A stretch of 64,000 nucleotides of DNA from an uncultured archaeon (lineage in GTDB: Archaea > Aenigmatarchaeota > Aenigmatarchaeia > PWEA01 > JAGHBM01), in the NCBI GenBank assembly GCA_964584335.1, contig CAZOZN010000001.1, positions 243,882 to 307,881 of the forward strand, given 5' to 3'. Positions 37,528-47,085 of the stretch are shown in pieces. Every line of letters starts with the position of its first letter. Positions within the stretch are counted from its first letter, which is position 1. The notes beneath the pieces were generated by a model. The model was not told the DNA's origin. It saw only the letters and a list, made by a program, of their open reading frames with translations, and ran no database searches. Made by a program: the position numbers and the translations under genes.

Positions 37528-37731
37528 TTGATAAAAGAAAGGTTTATTCTTGGGTCGTTTTTCTTATTTTTGGGTGTTATGGTATATTTCATAGCGGCAG
37601 ACTGGAATATGGTTAATACTTTTAGTTCTGGAGGCCTTATAGTGGGCCTTATTGTTGCGGGAATAGCTTATATTATTTTTTCTTTTGAAACCTCTGAATA
37701 TCTTAAAAAAATAGAAGACAAGAAAAAATAA
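37528..37731 (+). CDS. Small 2-TM protein
   Basis: Hydrophobic; GAGGGG RBS. Confidence 0.55.
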   Translation: MIKERFILGSFFLFLGVMVYFIAADWNMVNTFSSGGLIVGLIVAGIAYIIFSFETSEYLKKIEDKKK

Positions 37732-37761
37732 AGATTTTAATTGTAAAGACTTAAACTTATT

Positions 37762-38091
37762 ATGAAAATTAGTAAGGAAGATGCAGCAAAGATAATTTTT
37801 GTTACTGGAATATTTTTTTTGATACTCAGCATAAGCTTTGACCTTATTTACTTTGCTATTTTTATAGGTATTATTGGTGTTTCCCTTTTCCTCTATATAA
37901 ACAGGAAAGATTTTGATAATGAAATGGTTATGGTAGGAATTATGATGGGTTATTTTTTTGTATCAATAACCATGGTTATTTTTTTGAGCATACTGAAAAG
38001 TATTCCTGTTTTTATTCTTGGATTTATTGGCATTCTTCTTATAATTCTGAGCCTTCATTTAATGGGATATTTTGAAAGGCTAAAGAGGTAA
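37762..38091 (+). CDS. 4-TM membrane protein
   Basis: Hydrophobic pattern. Confidence 0.6.
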   Translation: MKISKEDAAKIIFVTGIFFLILSISFDLIYFAIFIGIIGVSLFLYINRKDFDNEMVMVGIMMGYFFVSITMVIFLSILKSIPVFILGFIGILLIILSLHLMGYFERLKR

Positions 38092-38601
38092 GTTTTTTAC
38101 CAGAGAGTACACTTCGTTCCATTCCACTATGCCCAAAACCAATATTATAAAAAAAAGTGACAGCAATATAACTGGCATGAACGGATATTTTTCACCCTTG
38201 CCGAATAATTTTAGAGGGAAAACTCCTATTTTGTTTACAAGCAATAGGAATATATAAAAAAGTACTATGTATGGTATATCCAATACAGAACATACTGCTG
38301 TTATTGCTATTACGTCGGCTCTGGCCAGGGAAAATATATGCCCCGTTCCCTTCCAAGACAGAATGCCTAGAACCAGTATCAGTAGCCATTTAACCCAAAA
38401 AAACTCGATTCCCGTTGAATAGTCATGCCAAAGCATTATGCCTGTGAATCCAATCCACATAGTCATGAATTCCGCCTTTATTGTCATCTTTCTCAGGTCA
38501 CTTATAGATGCTATAAAAAGCGTGGAAAACATGAAACCAAGTCCGTAAACGAGTTTTAGTGATACGTCTTGGGACAGTATTCCTAGTGCATCTAAAGGCA
38601 T
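38080..38601 (-). CDS. Prepilin/preflagellin peptidase (A24)-like membrane protein
   Basis: ASISDLRKMTI, ARADV (two Asp), PFMPVI. Confidence 0.7.
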   Translation of the reverse strand: MPLDALGILSQDVSLKLVYGLGFMFSTLFIASISDLRKMTIKAEFMTMWIGFTGIMLWHDYSTGIEFFWVKWLLILVLGILSWKGTGHIFSLARADVIAITAVCSVLDIPYIVLFYIFLLLVNKIGVFPLKLFGKGEKYPFMPVILLSLFFIILVLGIVEWNEVYSLVKNLPL

Positions 38602-38649
38602 ATTAATATTAAATACTTTCTATATAAAATACAAAAGCGTGAAAAGGAC

Positions 38650-38789
38650 GGGCTCGTAGTGTAGCTTGGTCTAGCATCGGGGCTTTGGGTGTCTACCGCC
38701 TAACGGGTGCAATGACAGGAATAGCCTCAGACGGGAGTTCGAATGGTCTGCAATTTTTTGTGTTCCAGTGGTTCTCCCCGAGCCCACCA
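38650..38789 (+). tRNA. tRNA-Pro(TGG) with two introns (37/38: 38690-38722; ~59/60: 38744-38772)
   Basis: GGGCTCG/CGAGCCC acceptor, GGGGC-TTTGGG^A-GCCTC, GGGAG-TTCGAA^T-CTCCC, ACCA. Confidence 0.85.
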
Positions 38790-38831
38790 TTTATCAAAAA
38801 GATTTATTTGATGCCGTTATAAGAATGATAT

Positions 38832-39287
38832 ATGAAAACCTTAATAGTATTTTTTTCACCCCACAAGGGAAACACAAAAAAGATAGCAAAGGTTATTGGT
38901 AAGGTTCTTAAAGCAAAGTTAATAGAACCGGATAAAATTGAAAAAGAAAAATTATCTGACTATGATTTGATTGGTTTTGGTTCCGGTATCTACATAGGAA
39001 AGCACCATAGAAAAATATTCAATTTAATAAAAAATATGCCTCTTATGATGGACAAAAAATCTTTTATTTTTTCAACTTCAGGTCAGGGTTTAAACTCAAT
39101 TGAAAGGAATCATAGAAAGTTAAGAAAAAAATTAAAAGAAAACGGATTCAAAGTTATTGGAGAGTTTTCCTGTAAAGGTTTTGATACATTCGGCCCATTA
39201 AAGTTAATTGGAGGAATAAACAAGGACAGGCCCAACAAAAAGGATTTTGAAAGGGCTGAAGAATTTGCCAGAGGTTTAAAGAAATGA
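38832..39287 (+). CDS. Flavodoxin-family protein
   Basis: SPHKGNTKKIA, YDLIGFGSGIY, FSCKGFD, RPN. Confidence 0.9.
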   Translation: MKTLIVFFSPHKGNTKKIAKVIGKVLKAKLIEPDKIEKEKLSDYDLIGFGSGIYIGKHHRKIFNLIKNMPLMMDKKSFIFSTSGQGLNSIERNHRKLRKKLKENGFKVIGEFSCKGFDTFGPLKLIGGINKDRPNKKDFERAEEFARGLKK

Positions 39288-39610
39288 AATTCGATTCAAA
39301 GATTTTTCTGGTTATTGGTATTGCTCTAATATTTACAGGTATAGCTTTCTTTTTTATGGAGGGAAAATTGACAAAACAAACAGTAACCGGACAGTTTATA
39401 TCCACCAATGATTGTATGGGTATTGTTCAGGGTGTGGTGGTTACTGACTACGGTAATTCCACTGATTCTATGTGTGATAATTCAAAAAAATATAACGGCA
39501 AGGTCGTTGAAGTTACCGGTTATATATATGAGCACGATTGCAAAGAAGGAGAAGGTTGTTTTGAGGCACCTTATATGAAAGACATAGAAGAAATAAGATT
39601 AGTTTATTAG
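39284..39610 (+). CDS. Hypothetical membrane-anchored protein
   Basis: N-terminal TM, 4 Cys. Confidence 0.6.
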   Translation: MKFDSKIFLVIGIALIFTGIAFFFMEGKLTKQTVTGQFISTNDCMGIVQGVVVTDYGNSTDSMCDNSKKYNGKVVEVTGYIYEHDCKEGEGCFEAPYMKDIEEIRLVY

Positions 39611-40248
39611 AATACCTTTGCATAAACGTAAATACCTTTTCTTGTTTCAAAAAATTTCTTTACTTCAAGTTTTTGTTTAATCAGCATCTCTTTTGTCATC
39701 TCTTTTATGTTTGATCTGCCTTTACTCGGAATGAAAAGTAACAATTTTCCTCTAGAACCTATGCAACTTCTTATCTTTTCTAGCAACTGCATAACCTTTA
39801 TTATGTCCAATTTGATTTCTATTATAACTATATCAAATTTTGTTGATATCATATTCTTGAGTTCTTCAAAAATTATGTTCTTTTTTATTATTTCGACATC
39901 GTCTTTTTCGAGAAAGCTTAAATCATCTCTTATTGTAACTAAAGTAGTGTTTCCTCCATTTCTTGCGCAGTAAAGAGGAAAACCGCCGTCACAACTTTCT
40001 ATATCTAGAACGAAATCACCTCTCTGTATCAGTTCAACTTCTTCGTCTATTTCCTTCATTTCCCAAAAACTATCCGGTGCGTCCATGTAGTTATTGTTTA
40101 AAACTTCCACCTTATCTTTTTCATTAATTGGTGTATCTGGATAAGTAACTATTTTATCATTTACCGTTACCATTCTGTTTTTCATTAGGAAGTCTATTGT
40201 TTTCTTGCTTTTTACTCCGTTTTTTATAAGATATTCATAAAGTTTCAT
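39607..40248 (-). CDS. S4 domain plus degenerate TlyA-like methyltransferase fold
   Basis: N-terminal S4 (VTVNDKIV); VLDIESCDGGF. Confidence 0.65.
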   Translation of the reverse strand: MKLYEYLIKNGVKSKKTIDFLMKNRMVTVNDKIVTYPDTPINEKDKVEVLNNNYMDAPDSFWEMKEIDEEVELIQRGDFVLDIESCDGGFPLYCARNGGNTTLVTIRDDLSFLEKDDVEIIKKNIIFEELKNMISTKFDIVIIEIKLDIIKVMQLLEKIRSCIGSRGKLLLFIPSKGRSNIKEMTKEMLIKQKLEVKKFFETRKGIYVYAKVF

Positions 40249-40308
40249 GTTTTGTTCACAACTTAACTAAGGGTTAAATTTAATAAATCTTTAACAGTAA
40301 TATTCTTT

Positions 40309-40926
40309 ATGGAGGGTCGTGATTTTCTTCTGTCAAAAGATGAAATTTCAAGGCTTGAGGATTATACAAAAAATAAGGACTCTTTGGGAATATCCGATAT
40401 GGCTTGGGATAAATATAAAAATGGTTGTAGTATAGAGAGAGTCCACAACACCAGAAACTGTATTAATGTGCATTTAAAAAAGACTGACCCGCCTTACAAG
40501 TTTAAAATAAAATATGGAAGGGAGAGGAATAGGACACTTGGCAAGGCTATGTTTTTCTTTGCTCTGGGAAATCTTTCAGGAATGCCAAAAGTTGATTATA
40601 AGGTTATAATACCCGGTCTCTCAGTCAAGCATAGAAAGAACTACAAGAACAACGGTATAGAAAGAATGATGGAGGAAATAGAGAATAATATAGAAAATTA
40701 CAAGTTGCAGGATATTTCGGGAATGCCCAAAAATATTATAGGCACAGAGGATGAGTCTGTACCGGAGATAGATGAGTTTGAATACAGCGGAGACTTGAAT
40801 ATTGAAGAAGCTTTTTCTTTGACAAAAAATGTTATTAGCATTATCGAAGAGAACCCGAATCAAAATTATCAAATAATTAATAAGGAAAGAAACCACGAAG
40901 TCCCTTATGAAGATGAATTATTTTAA
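40309..40926 (+). CDS. Hypothetical protein
   Basis: 205-aa ORF. Confidence 0.6.
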   Translation: MEGRDFLLSKDEISRLEDYTKNKDSLGISDMAWDKYKNGCSIERVHNTRNCINVHLKKTDPPYKFKIKYGRERNRTLGKAMFFFALGNLSGMPKVDYKVIIPGLSVKHRKNYKNNGIERMMEEIENNIENYKLQDISGMPKNIIGTEDESVPEIDEFEYSGDLNIEEAFSLTKNVISIIEENPNQNYQIINKERNHEVPYEDELF

Positions 40927-40950
40927 TAATGAATTCAATAAATAATATTT

Positions 40951-41415
40951 ATGCCCCAAAAAGTCTTGATTACCTTTCTCACTATGTTTTTTGTATGGAT
41001 AATGTTATCCGGTTTTAGTTTGGGTGAGATAATACTGGGTTCATTAGTTTCAATTGTGGTTGCCCTGGTTTCGAGTAAAGAGTTTATAAAAGGGTCTGTA
41101 AAGCCTAAGTTTCATCCGAGGAGATGGGTTTTCTTTTTTGTTTATGTCATGGTTTTTTTGGTTGCTGAAATTTATTCTCATTTAGACCTTGCTTTTAGCA
41201 TTTTAACAGGAAAGACTAACCCAAAAGTATTTGCTTTAAAGTCAAAGTTCAAGAACCCCGCATATCTAACTACAATAGGAAATTCCATAACTCTTACGCC
41301 GGGGACCCTTACTTTGGATATTAAGGGAAAAAAGATTATAACATACTGCCTTAATGAAAAATCAAAGAATATAATAAAAGTTTTTGAGGCGTTTTTGGAG
41401 AGTGTTTTCAGATGA
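40951..41415 (+). CDS. mbhA: Mbh subunit A (MrpE-like)
   Basis: NSITLTPGTL. Confidence 0.9.
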   Translation: MPQKVLITFLTMFFVWIMLSGFSLGEIILGSLVSIVVALVSSKEFIKGSVKPKFHPRRWVFFFVYVMVFLVAEIYSHLDLAFSILTGKTNPKVFALKSKFKNPAYLTTIGNSITLTPGTLTLDIKGKKIITYCLNEKSKNIIKVFEAFLESVFR

Positions 41416-41654
41416 TAGAGTACATAATTTTAACTGCTTTATTTTTTTGCTCGTTGAGACTGATAATAGGACCTACAATATATGATAGAGTTGTTGCGCT
41501 TGACACGTTTTTGGTTCTTGTCATAGCTTTGCTCTCACTCTGGGCTCAGGGAGAAGAGATGCTTCTTGATATAGCAATAGTTTTTGCCGGCCTTAGTTTT
41601 GGTGCAACTCTTATATTCTCAAAATATATGAGAGGTGAAGAAATTTGGTCGTAA
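41412..41654 (+). CDS. mbhB: Mbh subunit B (MrpF-like)
   Basis: GPTIYDRVVALD. Confidence 0.9.
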   Translation: MIEYIILTALFFCSLRLIIGPTIYDRVVALDTFLVLVIALLSLWAQGEEMLLDIAIVFAGLSFGATLIFSKYMRGEEIWS

Positions 41655-41932
41655 TAACAGACATTCTGTTATTTGTTCCCGTAATTTTAGGGCTTATAGG
41701 GTCTTTGGGATTAATTAGAATGAAAAATGTCTATACCAGAATATTTGCTTCCACAATGTGTTCCGTAGGCTGTACTTGTCTTCTTATTTTTATTTTGGCG
41801 GTAAAGCATTTTTATTCTCCACTTTCCATGAAGTATTTTATTCTTCTTGTTTTGATAATACTTACTTCACCAACTGCTTCACATGCAATAGCAAACGCTG
41901 CTTATAAAAACAAAGTGGGTGTTAAAAAGTGA
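41645..41932 (+). CDS. mbhC: Mbh subunit C (MrpG-like)
   Basis: GLIRM...YTR; SPTASHAIANAAY. Confidence 0.9.
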   Translation: MVVITDILLFVPVILGLIGSLGLIRMKNVYTRIFASTMCSVGCTCLLIFILAVKHFYSPLSMKYFILLVLIILTSPTASHAIANAAYKNKVGVKK

Positions 41933-42162
41933 TAGAATTTTTCTTTCTTCTTATTATGACTGTAATGTTCTTGATGATTTTAAAGGAAAAAGATCTTCTT
42001 AAGGCCGTTATATATCTTTCTTGTTCCAGTTTTTCTCTTACTGTAATATTCCTAATACTTAACGCTCCCGATATAGCAATAACTCAAGCAACTATAGAGG
42101 TTATTTTGGTTACAATAATATTTCTAGTTACAATAGAAAAAACTGAGAGGTTTGAAAAATGA
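41929..42162 (+). CDS. mbhD: Mbh subunit D (DUF4040)
   Basis: DLLKAVI, APDIAITQA. Confidence 0.85.
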   Translation: MIEFFFLLIMTVMFLMILKEKDLLKAVIYLSCSSFSLTVIFLILNAPDIAITQATIEVILVTIIFLVTIEKTERFEK

Positions 42163-42437
42163 AAACTCCAATTTTTTTGATTTTTATAACATTTTTTGCA
42201 ATTCTGATTATATCTACTCTTACTTCTCCCGGTTTTGCTGCATTCGATGAAAAGATATCAAACTACCATATAAAAAATGCAATAAAGGATACCAGCGCAT
42301 CTAATGTTGTTACATCTATAATATGGGATTACAGGGCTTATGACACTCTTGGTGAGGAAACTATATTGTTTGCAGGTACTCTTGGAATTTATGCAATGTT
42401 TCATAACTACGTTAGAAAAAAGGTGAAAGTTAAATGA
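42159..42437 (+). CDS. mbhE: Mbh subunit E
   Basis: NVVTSIIWDYRAYDTLGE. Confidence 0.9.
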   Translation: MKTPIFLIFITFFAILIISTLTSPGFAAFDEKISNYHIKNAIKDTSASNVVTSIIWDYRAYDTLGEETILFAGTLGIYAMFHNYVRKKVKVK

Positions 42438-42832
42438 CTGTAATAAAAGAGACTGTTTCCAGAATACTTCTTCCTTTTCTTTTATTGTTTAGTTTTTACG
42501 TATTAACACACGCCCATTTGACTATTGGAGGAGGTTTTCAGGGTGGTGTTCTTTTGGCTTCCAGCATAATACTTGTCTGTATTGTTTACGGCCTAAAGAG
42601 AGCAGAGCATATAATAAAGGAAGAGACTTCTCACAGGGTAGAAGCCGCTGCTGGCATACTTCTTTCTTCGATTGTTGTCTTTGAGCTTTTTTTGAGAGAC
42701 AGTTTTACAATGTCCGGTGATTTTTTTAATATATGGAGCAGTGGAGAAATAATGATTCTAAATGTTGTCGGCGGTATTATGGTGATGACTGCCTTCCTTA
42801 TAATATTTTATTCAATGGTGAAAGAAAAATGA
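42434..42832 (+). CDS. mbhF: Mbh subunit F (MrpB-like)
   Basis: HAHLTIGGGFQGG. Confidence 0.9.
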   Translation: MTVIKETVSRILLPFLLLFSFYVLTHAHLTIGGGFQGGVLLASSIILVCIVYGLKRAEHIIKEETSHRVEAAAGILLSSIVVFELFLRDSFTMSGDFFNIWSSGEIMILNVVGGIMVMTAFLIIFYSMVKEK

Positions 42833-42871
42833 GCAAAATAAATTTTGAATTTTTTTCAAAGGTGAGAAAAA

Positions 42872-43219
42872 ATGATTGAGTATGTTTTTGGTGTAATTTT
42901 TATAATTATTGGAATGTACTGCTTGGTTTTAAAAGAAAACATCATAAAGAAGATAATGGGTATAAGTATAATAATAATGGCCGTACACCTTCTTCTAATA
43001 AGAATAGGCTATAGAGAAAATGGCATTCCTCCAATATTGAATCCAGAAAATATAATCAATTTCTCAAGTTATTCGGTAGACCCTCTGGTGCAAGCTCTTG
43101 TACTGACTTCAATAGTAATAGATTTGTCTATTACTGCTCTGGCTTTGTCTATGGTTATAATGCTTTACGAGAAGAAGAAAACATTAAATACTAAAAAGAT
43201 GAGGTTGCTTTCCGGATGA
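42872..43219 (+). CDS. mbhG: Mbh subunit G (MrpC-like)
   Basis: NIIKKIMG, DPLVQALVLTSIVI. Confidence 0.9.
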   Translation: MIEYVFGVIFIIIGMYCLVLKENIIKKIMGISIIIMAVHLLLIRIGYRENGIPPILNPENIINFSSYSVDPLVQALVLTSIVIDLSITALALSMVIMLYEKKKTLNTKKMRLLSG

Positions 43220-44631
43220 TTCCAATATACCTTCCTTTAGCTATAATGCTTATTGCCGGTTTTTTGACTCCTTTGATAGGAATAAAGCTAAAGTTTTTGA
43301 GAAGGGTTTTCGTAACAAGTGTGCTTTTTGTTTGTTTTTTCTTCTGGGTTTCCCTTCTTCCTATAGTTTTTTCCGGTGAGACGCTTGTATACAATATGAA
43401 TGAATGGGTTGCCCCAATGGGCATAACTCTTGTATTGGATTCTTTTTCTATATTTTTTCTCGTACTGGTTTCCGGACTTAGTATAATAATTTCGACTGTG
43501 ATAGAAAAATTTATAAAGGATAGAAGGTCCGAGTTTTATTCACTTTTTCTTATTTTTGTTGTCGGTGTAAGCGGTGTTATTATAAGCGGTGATATTTTCA
43601 ATATTTTTGTCTTCACGGAAATAATGACTATAAGCCTTTATGCTTTGACTGTTTTCAAAAGGACTGAAAAAGGTCTGGAAGCGGGTCTAAAATATATAAT
43701 TGTTGGTAGTTTTTCTGCCGCTTTAATACTGCTTGGTATAGCGTTGGTTTATGGTATTACAGGCACCCTGAATTTGGCCGACCTTGTTACTAAGGTATCT
43801 TTAAGTAGTGCCTCAATACCTCTGGGCCTTATACTAACCGGTTATTTTACAGAGTCAGGAGTTGTTCCTTTTCACTTCTGGAAACCTGACGTTACTGAAG
43901 GTGCTCCGCTTCCTGTTGCTCTAATGCTTTTGTCTATATCATCATGCACAGGAATTTATGTTATAATAAGAATCTTGTTTGTTTTTGGTTTGTTGGGAAT
44001 CAATTATCTGCTAATGATAATAGGCATTCTTTCTATGGTCATTGGCGCTTTCATGGCTCTTTTCCAGGAAGATTTGAAGAGGATGCTCGCTTATTCGTGC
44101 ATATCCCAAATAGGTTACATATTTTTTGCATTCGGACTAGGTTACATAGGGTTTGCCGGGGGTTTGTTTCAGATATTTAATAATTCTTTGTTGAAAATGG
44201 TATTGCTTCTTATAATTTGTTTTATTTATTGGAAGCAAAATTCTCTAAAACCTGTAAACATGCCTGTAACTGGAGCTTGTTTTCTTATAGCCTCCATGGG
44301 AGTTGCCGGGATACCCCCCTTGAACGGTTTCGCAAGCAAGTTTTTGATATACGAGGCGGGGTTCAGGAGCGGTTTTATAATACCGACCTTAATAGCTATA
44401 ATTTTTTCGGTAATAACTCTTGCATATTATCTTAAGGCTTTTGGCAAGCTTTTCTCCGGTTCGGAAAAAGTAATGAAGGAAGAAAAGTCCTTCTTGATAC
44501 CCATAATCGTGCTTACAATATTTTGTATAATTCTGGGAATTTTCCCCAATGTTTTTATAGATACAATAGAACCTGTCTTAAGCTCTCTTTCGAGCAATTA
44601 TGAATATTACTGTTCGGTGTTTTGGTGTTGA
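43216..44631 (+). CDS. mbhH: Mbh subunit H (MrpD-like proton translocator)
   Basis: GDIFNIFVFTE, EAGLKY, PFHFWKPD, KRMLAYS, GIPPLNGFASK. Confidence 0.92.
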   Translation: MIPIYLPLAIMLIAGFLTPLIGIKLKFLRRVFVTSVLFVCFFFWVSLLPIVFSGETLVYNMNEWVAPMGITLVLDSFSIFFLVLVSGLSIIISTVIEKFIKDRRSEFYSLFLIFVVGVSGVIISGDIFNIFVFTEIMTISLYALTVFKRTEKGLEAGLKYIIVGSFSAALILLGIALVYGITGTLNLADLVTKVSLSSASIPLGLILTGYFTESGVVPFHFWKPDVTEGAPLPVALMLLSISSCTGIYVIIRILFVFGLLGINYLLMIIGILSMVIGAFMALFQEDLKRMLAYSCISQIGYIFFAFGLGYIGFAGGLFQIFNNSLLKMVLLLIICFIYWKQNSLKPVNMPVTGACFLIASMGVAGIPPLNGFASKFLIYEAGFRSGFIIPTLIAIIFSVITLAYYLKAFGKLFSGSEKVMKEEKSFLIPIIVLTIFCIILGIFPNVFIDTIEPVLSSLSSNYEYYCSVFWC

Positions 44632-44632
44632 A

Positions 44633-46054
44633 ATGAAAGGTTTGTCTGTTTTCGTCGAGGCAATAATTTTGATAGCTTTTGTTATAGCTGCTTCTTTTAT
44701 AGTGAATTCTTTTGTATCTGATGTTTCAGAATCCACGAAAAGGGATGTTGAAAAAAGCGGGGAAGAATCTGTGAGCTGCGGAATGGCAGCAATAGATATA
44801 GACGAGGACTTGGTTAGTATACAGTATTCAAGCCCTGTTAATTGCCTTTACAAGAGAAAATTTACTTTTGATAATTCATTTTCAAGCGACAGTCTTAAGA
44901 ATTTTACAGTTCTATTAAGGCTTGACTCTTCCAGAATTGATTATTCAAAGACCGGTGAGGGGGATATAAGGTTTTATGACAGCGATTTGTCTCTTCTTAA
45001 TCACGAGTTTGAATTATGGAACGAGAGCGGAGAAAGTTTAATATGGGTTAGGGTTCCGCAGATAGACAGGAATTCAGATTCTGACCATATCTGGGCCTAC
45101 TATAATTGTACAGATGTTGTTAATGAAGATAAAGAGAGTTCCTGGGACTCGTCTTATATGATGGTCCATCACATGGAGGAAACAGGCAGTGTTTTGTACG
45201 ATTCTACTTCAAGAGATAATGACGGTGAATGGATTGATGGGGATTTTAGCGGGAGCACGGATGTAAAGGGAAAAGTAGGTCTGGCCAATGACTTTAACGG
45301 CAATGACTATGTTAATATTAGTGACGATTCCAATCTTGATTTGAATGCATTTACCGTAGAGTTATGGGTCAAGTTTGAAAGTGTAACAGGTCATTTGATA
45401 CAAAAAAAGAGAGCAGGTCAGACTCCGGATATTGCAAAATCAAATTATTTAATACAAACAAGAACAGGAAACAGAATAAGGGCTGGTAGTGGAGATTGTA
45501 ACGGGGGTTATTCACCAGGAGACGGGCCAACTACAGTAATAACGGATGTTTGGTACTATTTTGTCTATAGTTACAATAACTCGGGGAGCTATCAGAGATT
45601 GTATTATGATGGTATTAACACGAATTCAATATACAGAACCATTAACCCCTGTGATGGAGGCACTGAAGTAATTAGAATTGGTGGACAGGCGGATGGAGAT
45701 AACTACGCAGATGCAATAATAGATGAGGTTAGGATTCAAAACATACAAAGAAGCGGGGACTGGATAAATGCCACTTACAAAAATATTAATGATGAATATG
45801 TAATTTATGGAAGTGAGAGAGATTCGGAAGTCGGTGAAATAAGAGTGACTTTGGAAAATATTGGTCAGACTAAGCTGTACGGTCTTGAAATATCAGCTTA
45901 CAATGGAACGGGTTATTATACTTATGACACGGAACCGAATGAGATATCTGCAGGTTCCAAGTTTACAATAAAATCAGATTCTCCGTCAGGGGAAATATTA
46001 AAGATTAGGGTAAATACTAATTGCCCAAATGTTTATGACGAGGTGGAAATATGA
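44633..46054 (+). CDS. Type IV pilin-like protein with DUF2341 and LamG domains
   Basis: Class III signal MKG|LSVFVEAIILIA; DIRFYD...WVRVP...WAYY (DUF2341); FTVELWVK, WYYFV, IDEVRI (LamG). Confidence 0.8.
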   Translation: MKGLSVFVEAIILIAFVIAASFIVNSFVSDVSESTKRDVEKSGEESVSCGMAAIDIDEDLVSIQYSSPVNCLYKRKFTFDNSFSSDSLKNFTVLLRLDSSRIDYSKTGEGDIRFYDSDLSLLNHEFELWNESGESLIWVRVPQIDRNSDSDHIWAYYNCTDVVNEDKESSWDSSYMMVHHMEETGSVLYDSTSRDNDGEWIDGDFSGSTDVKGKVGLANDFNGNDYVNISDDSNLDLNAFTVELWVKFESVTGHLIQKKRAGQTPDIAKSNYLIQTRTGNRIRAGSGDCNGGYSPGDGPTTVITDVWYYFVYSYNNSGSYQRLYYDGINTNSIYRTINPCDGGTEVIRIGGQADGDNYADAIIDEVRIQNIQRSGDWINATYKNINDEYVIYGSERDSEVGEIRVTLENIGQTKLYGLEISAYNGTGYYTYDTEPNEISAGSKFTIKSDSPSGEILKIRVNTNCPNVYDEVEI

Positions 46055-46257
46055 GCAAGGAAAGGGAAACAGAGATGTACTTGTGCGGAGAAAAATATGA
46101 GAGGCAGTATGGCGGAGAATATTTTTTTGATTCAATATTTAAAGTGTTCGGATTAAAAAAACTAAAAGATGGTCATTCGGGAGACTTGAGCGATTATCTT
46201 TATTGGATGGTAATAGGTATTGTTTTTGTTATGTCATTGTTGGTGGTGTTTGTTTGA
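46051..46257 (+). CDS. mbhI: Mbh subunit I (short)
   Basis: YLCGE, HSGDLSDYLYW; operon position. Confidence 0.7.
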   Translation: MSKERETEMYLCGEKYERQYGGEYFFDSIFKVFGLKKLKDGHSGDLSDYLYWMVIGIVFVMSLLVVFV

Positions 46258-46679
46258 GTTTAAAGAGTTACTCGCGTAAAAAGAGTCCCTGGATACTTCA
46301 TTTTTCATGTTCCGGATGCAACGGCTGTACTATAGAGGAGTTTGCTTCTTTGACTCCCAGGTTTGATATAGAAAGATTTGGGGCACAGATGAGGGGTTCT
46401 CCCAGGCATGCGGATATACTGCTTGTTGACGGTTTGGTAAACAAGAAAGTTCTTCCCAGACTAAAAAGAATTTATGACCAGATATCCGAGCCCAAGGTGG
46501 TGGTTGCTGTCGGTGCATGCGCAACAGGTCTCGGGGTTTTCCGGGGAAACTACGGCCTGATGGGCCCGCTTGATAAAGTTATTCCAGTTGATGTAAAAGT
46601 ATCCGGTTGTCCCCCAAGGCCGGAATCCATAATTGATGGTATTATAAAGGCAATAAAAATTTTGGGTGAAAAGAAATAA
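46254..46679 (+). CDS. mbhJ: [NiFe] hydrogenase small subunit
   Basis: GCNGCTIE, SPRHADIL, VGACA, GCPPRP; TTG start overlapping upstream stop. Confidence 0.92.
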   Translation: MSLKSYSRKKSPWILHFSCSGCNGCTIEEFASLTPRFDIERFGAQMRGSPRHADILLVDGLVNKKVLPRLKRIYDQISEPKVVVAVGACATGLGVFRGNYGLMGPLDKVIPVDVKVSGCPPRPESIIDGIIKAIKILGEKK

Positions 46680-46689
46680 AGGTGAAAAA

Positions 46690-47085
46690 ATGAAACATCT
46701 CGGAAAGATAGGAAAGGTATACAAAAAAGAGAAAGAAAAGGTTTGGATTAGCGTGCCCAAGAAAAATCTTATAAATACATGCGAAAAACTCAAAACGGAA
46801 TATGGTGTCAGAAGGATTATATCTATTTCCGGATACGATACAGGCAGAAACATAGAAGTTATTTACCATTTTGAACTTGGCCATGGCGTACTTAACCTGA
46901 AGATAAAAGTATCTAAAAAGTCAAACAAAATAAAAAGCATAACACCTGTATTTAAGTCTGCAAATCTTTTTGAAAGAGAACTTTTTGAGATGCTTGGTTT
47001 GGACATAACAGGGCACCCTAACCTTAAGAAGCTTTTTCTTCCCAAGGAAATTAATACTCCTCTGAGGAAAGGTGATAAAAAATGA
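46690..47085 (+). CDS. mbhK: NuoC-like subunit
   Basis: EVIYHF, SIT...ANLFERELFEMLG...GHPNL. Confidence 0.9.
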   Translation: MKHLGKIGKVYKKEKEKVWISVPKKNLINTCEKLKTEYGVRRIISISGYDTGRNIEVIYHFELGHGVLNLKIKVSKKSNKIKSITPVFKSANLFERELFEMLGLDITGHPNLKKLFLPKEINTPLRKGDKK

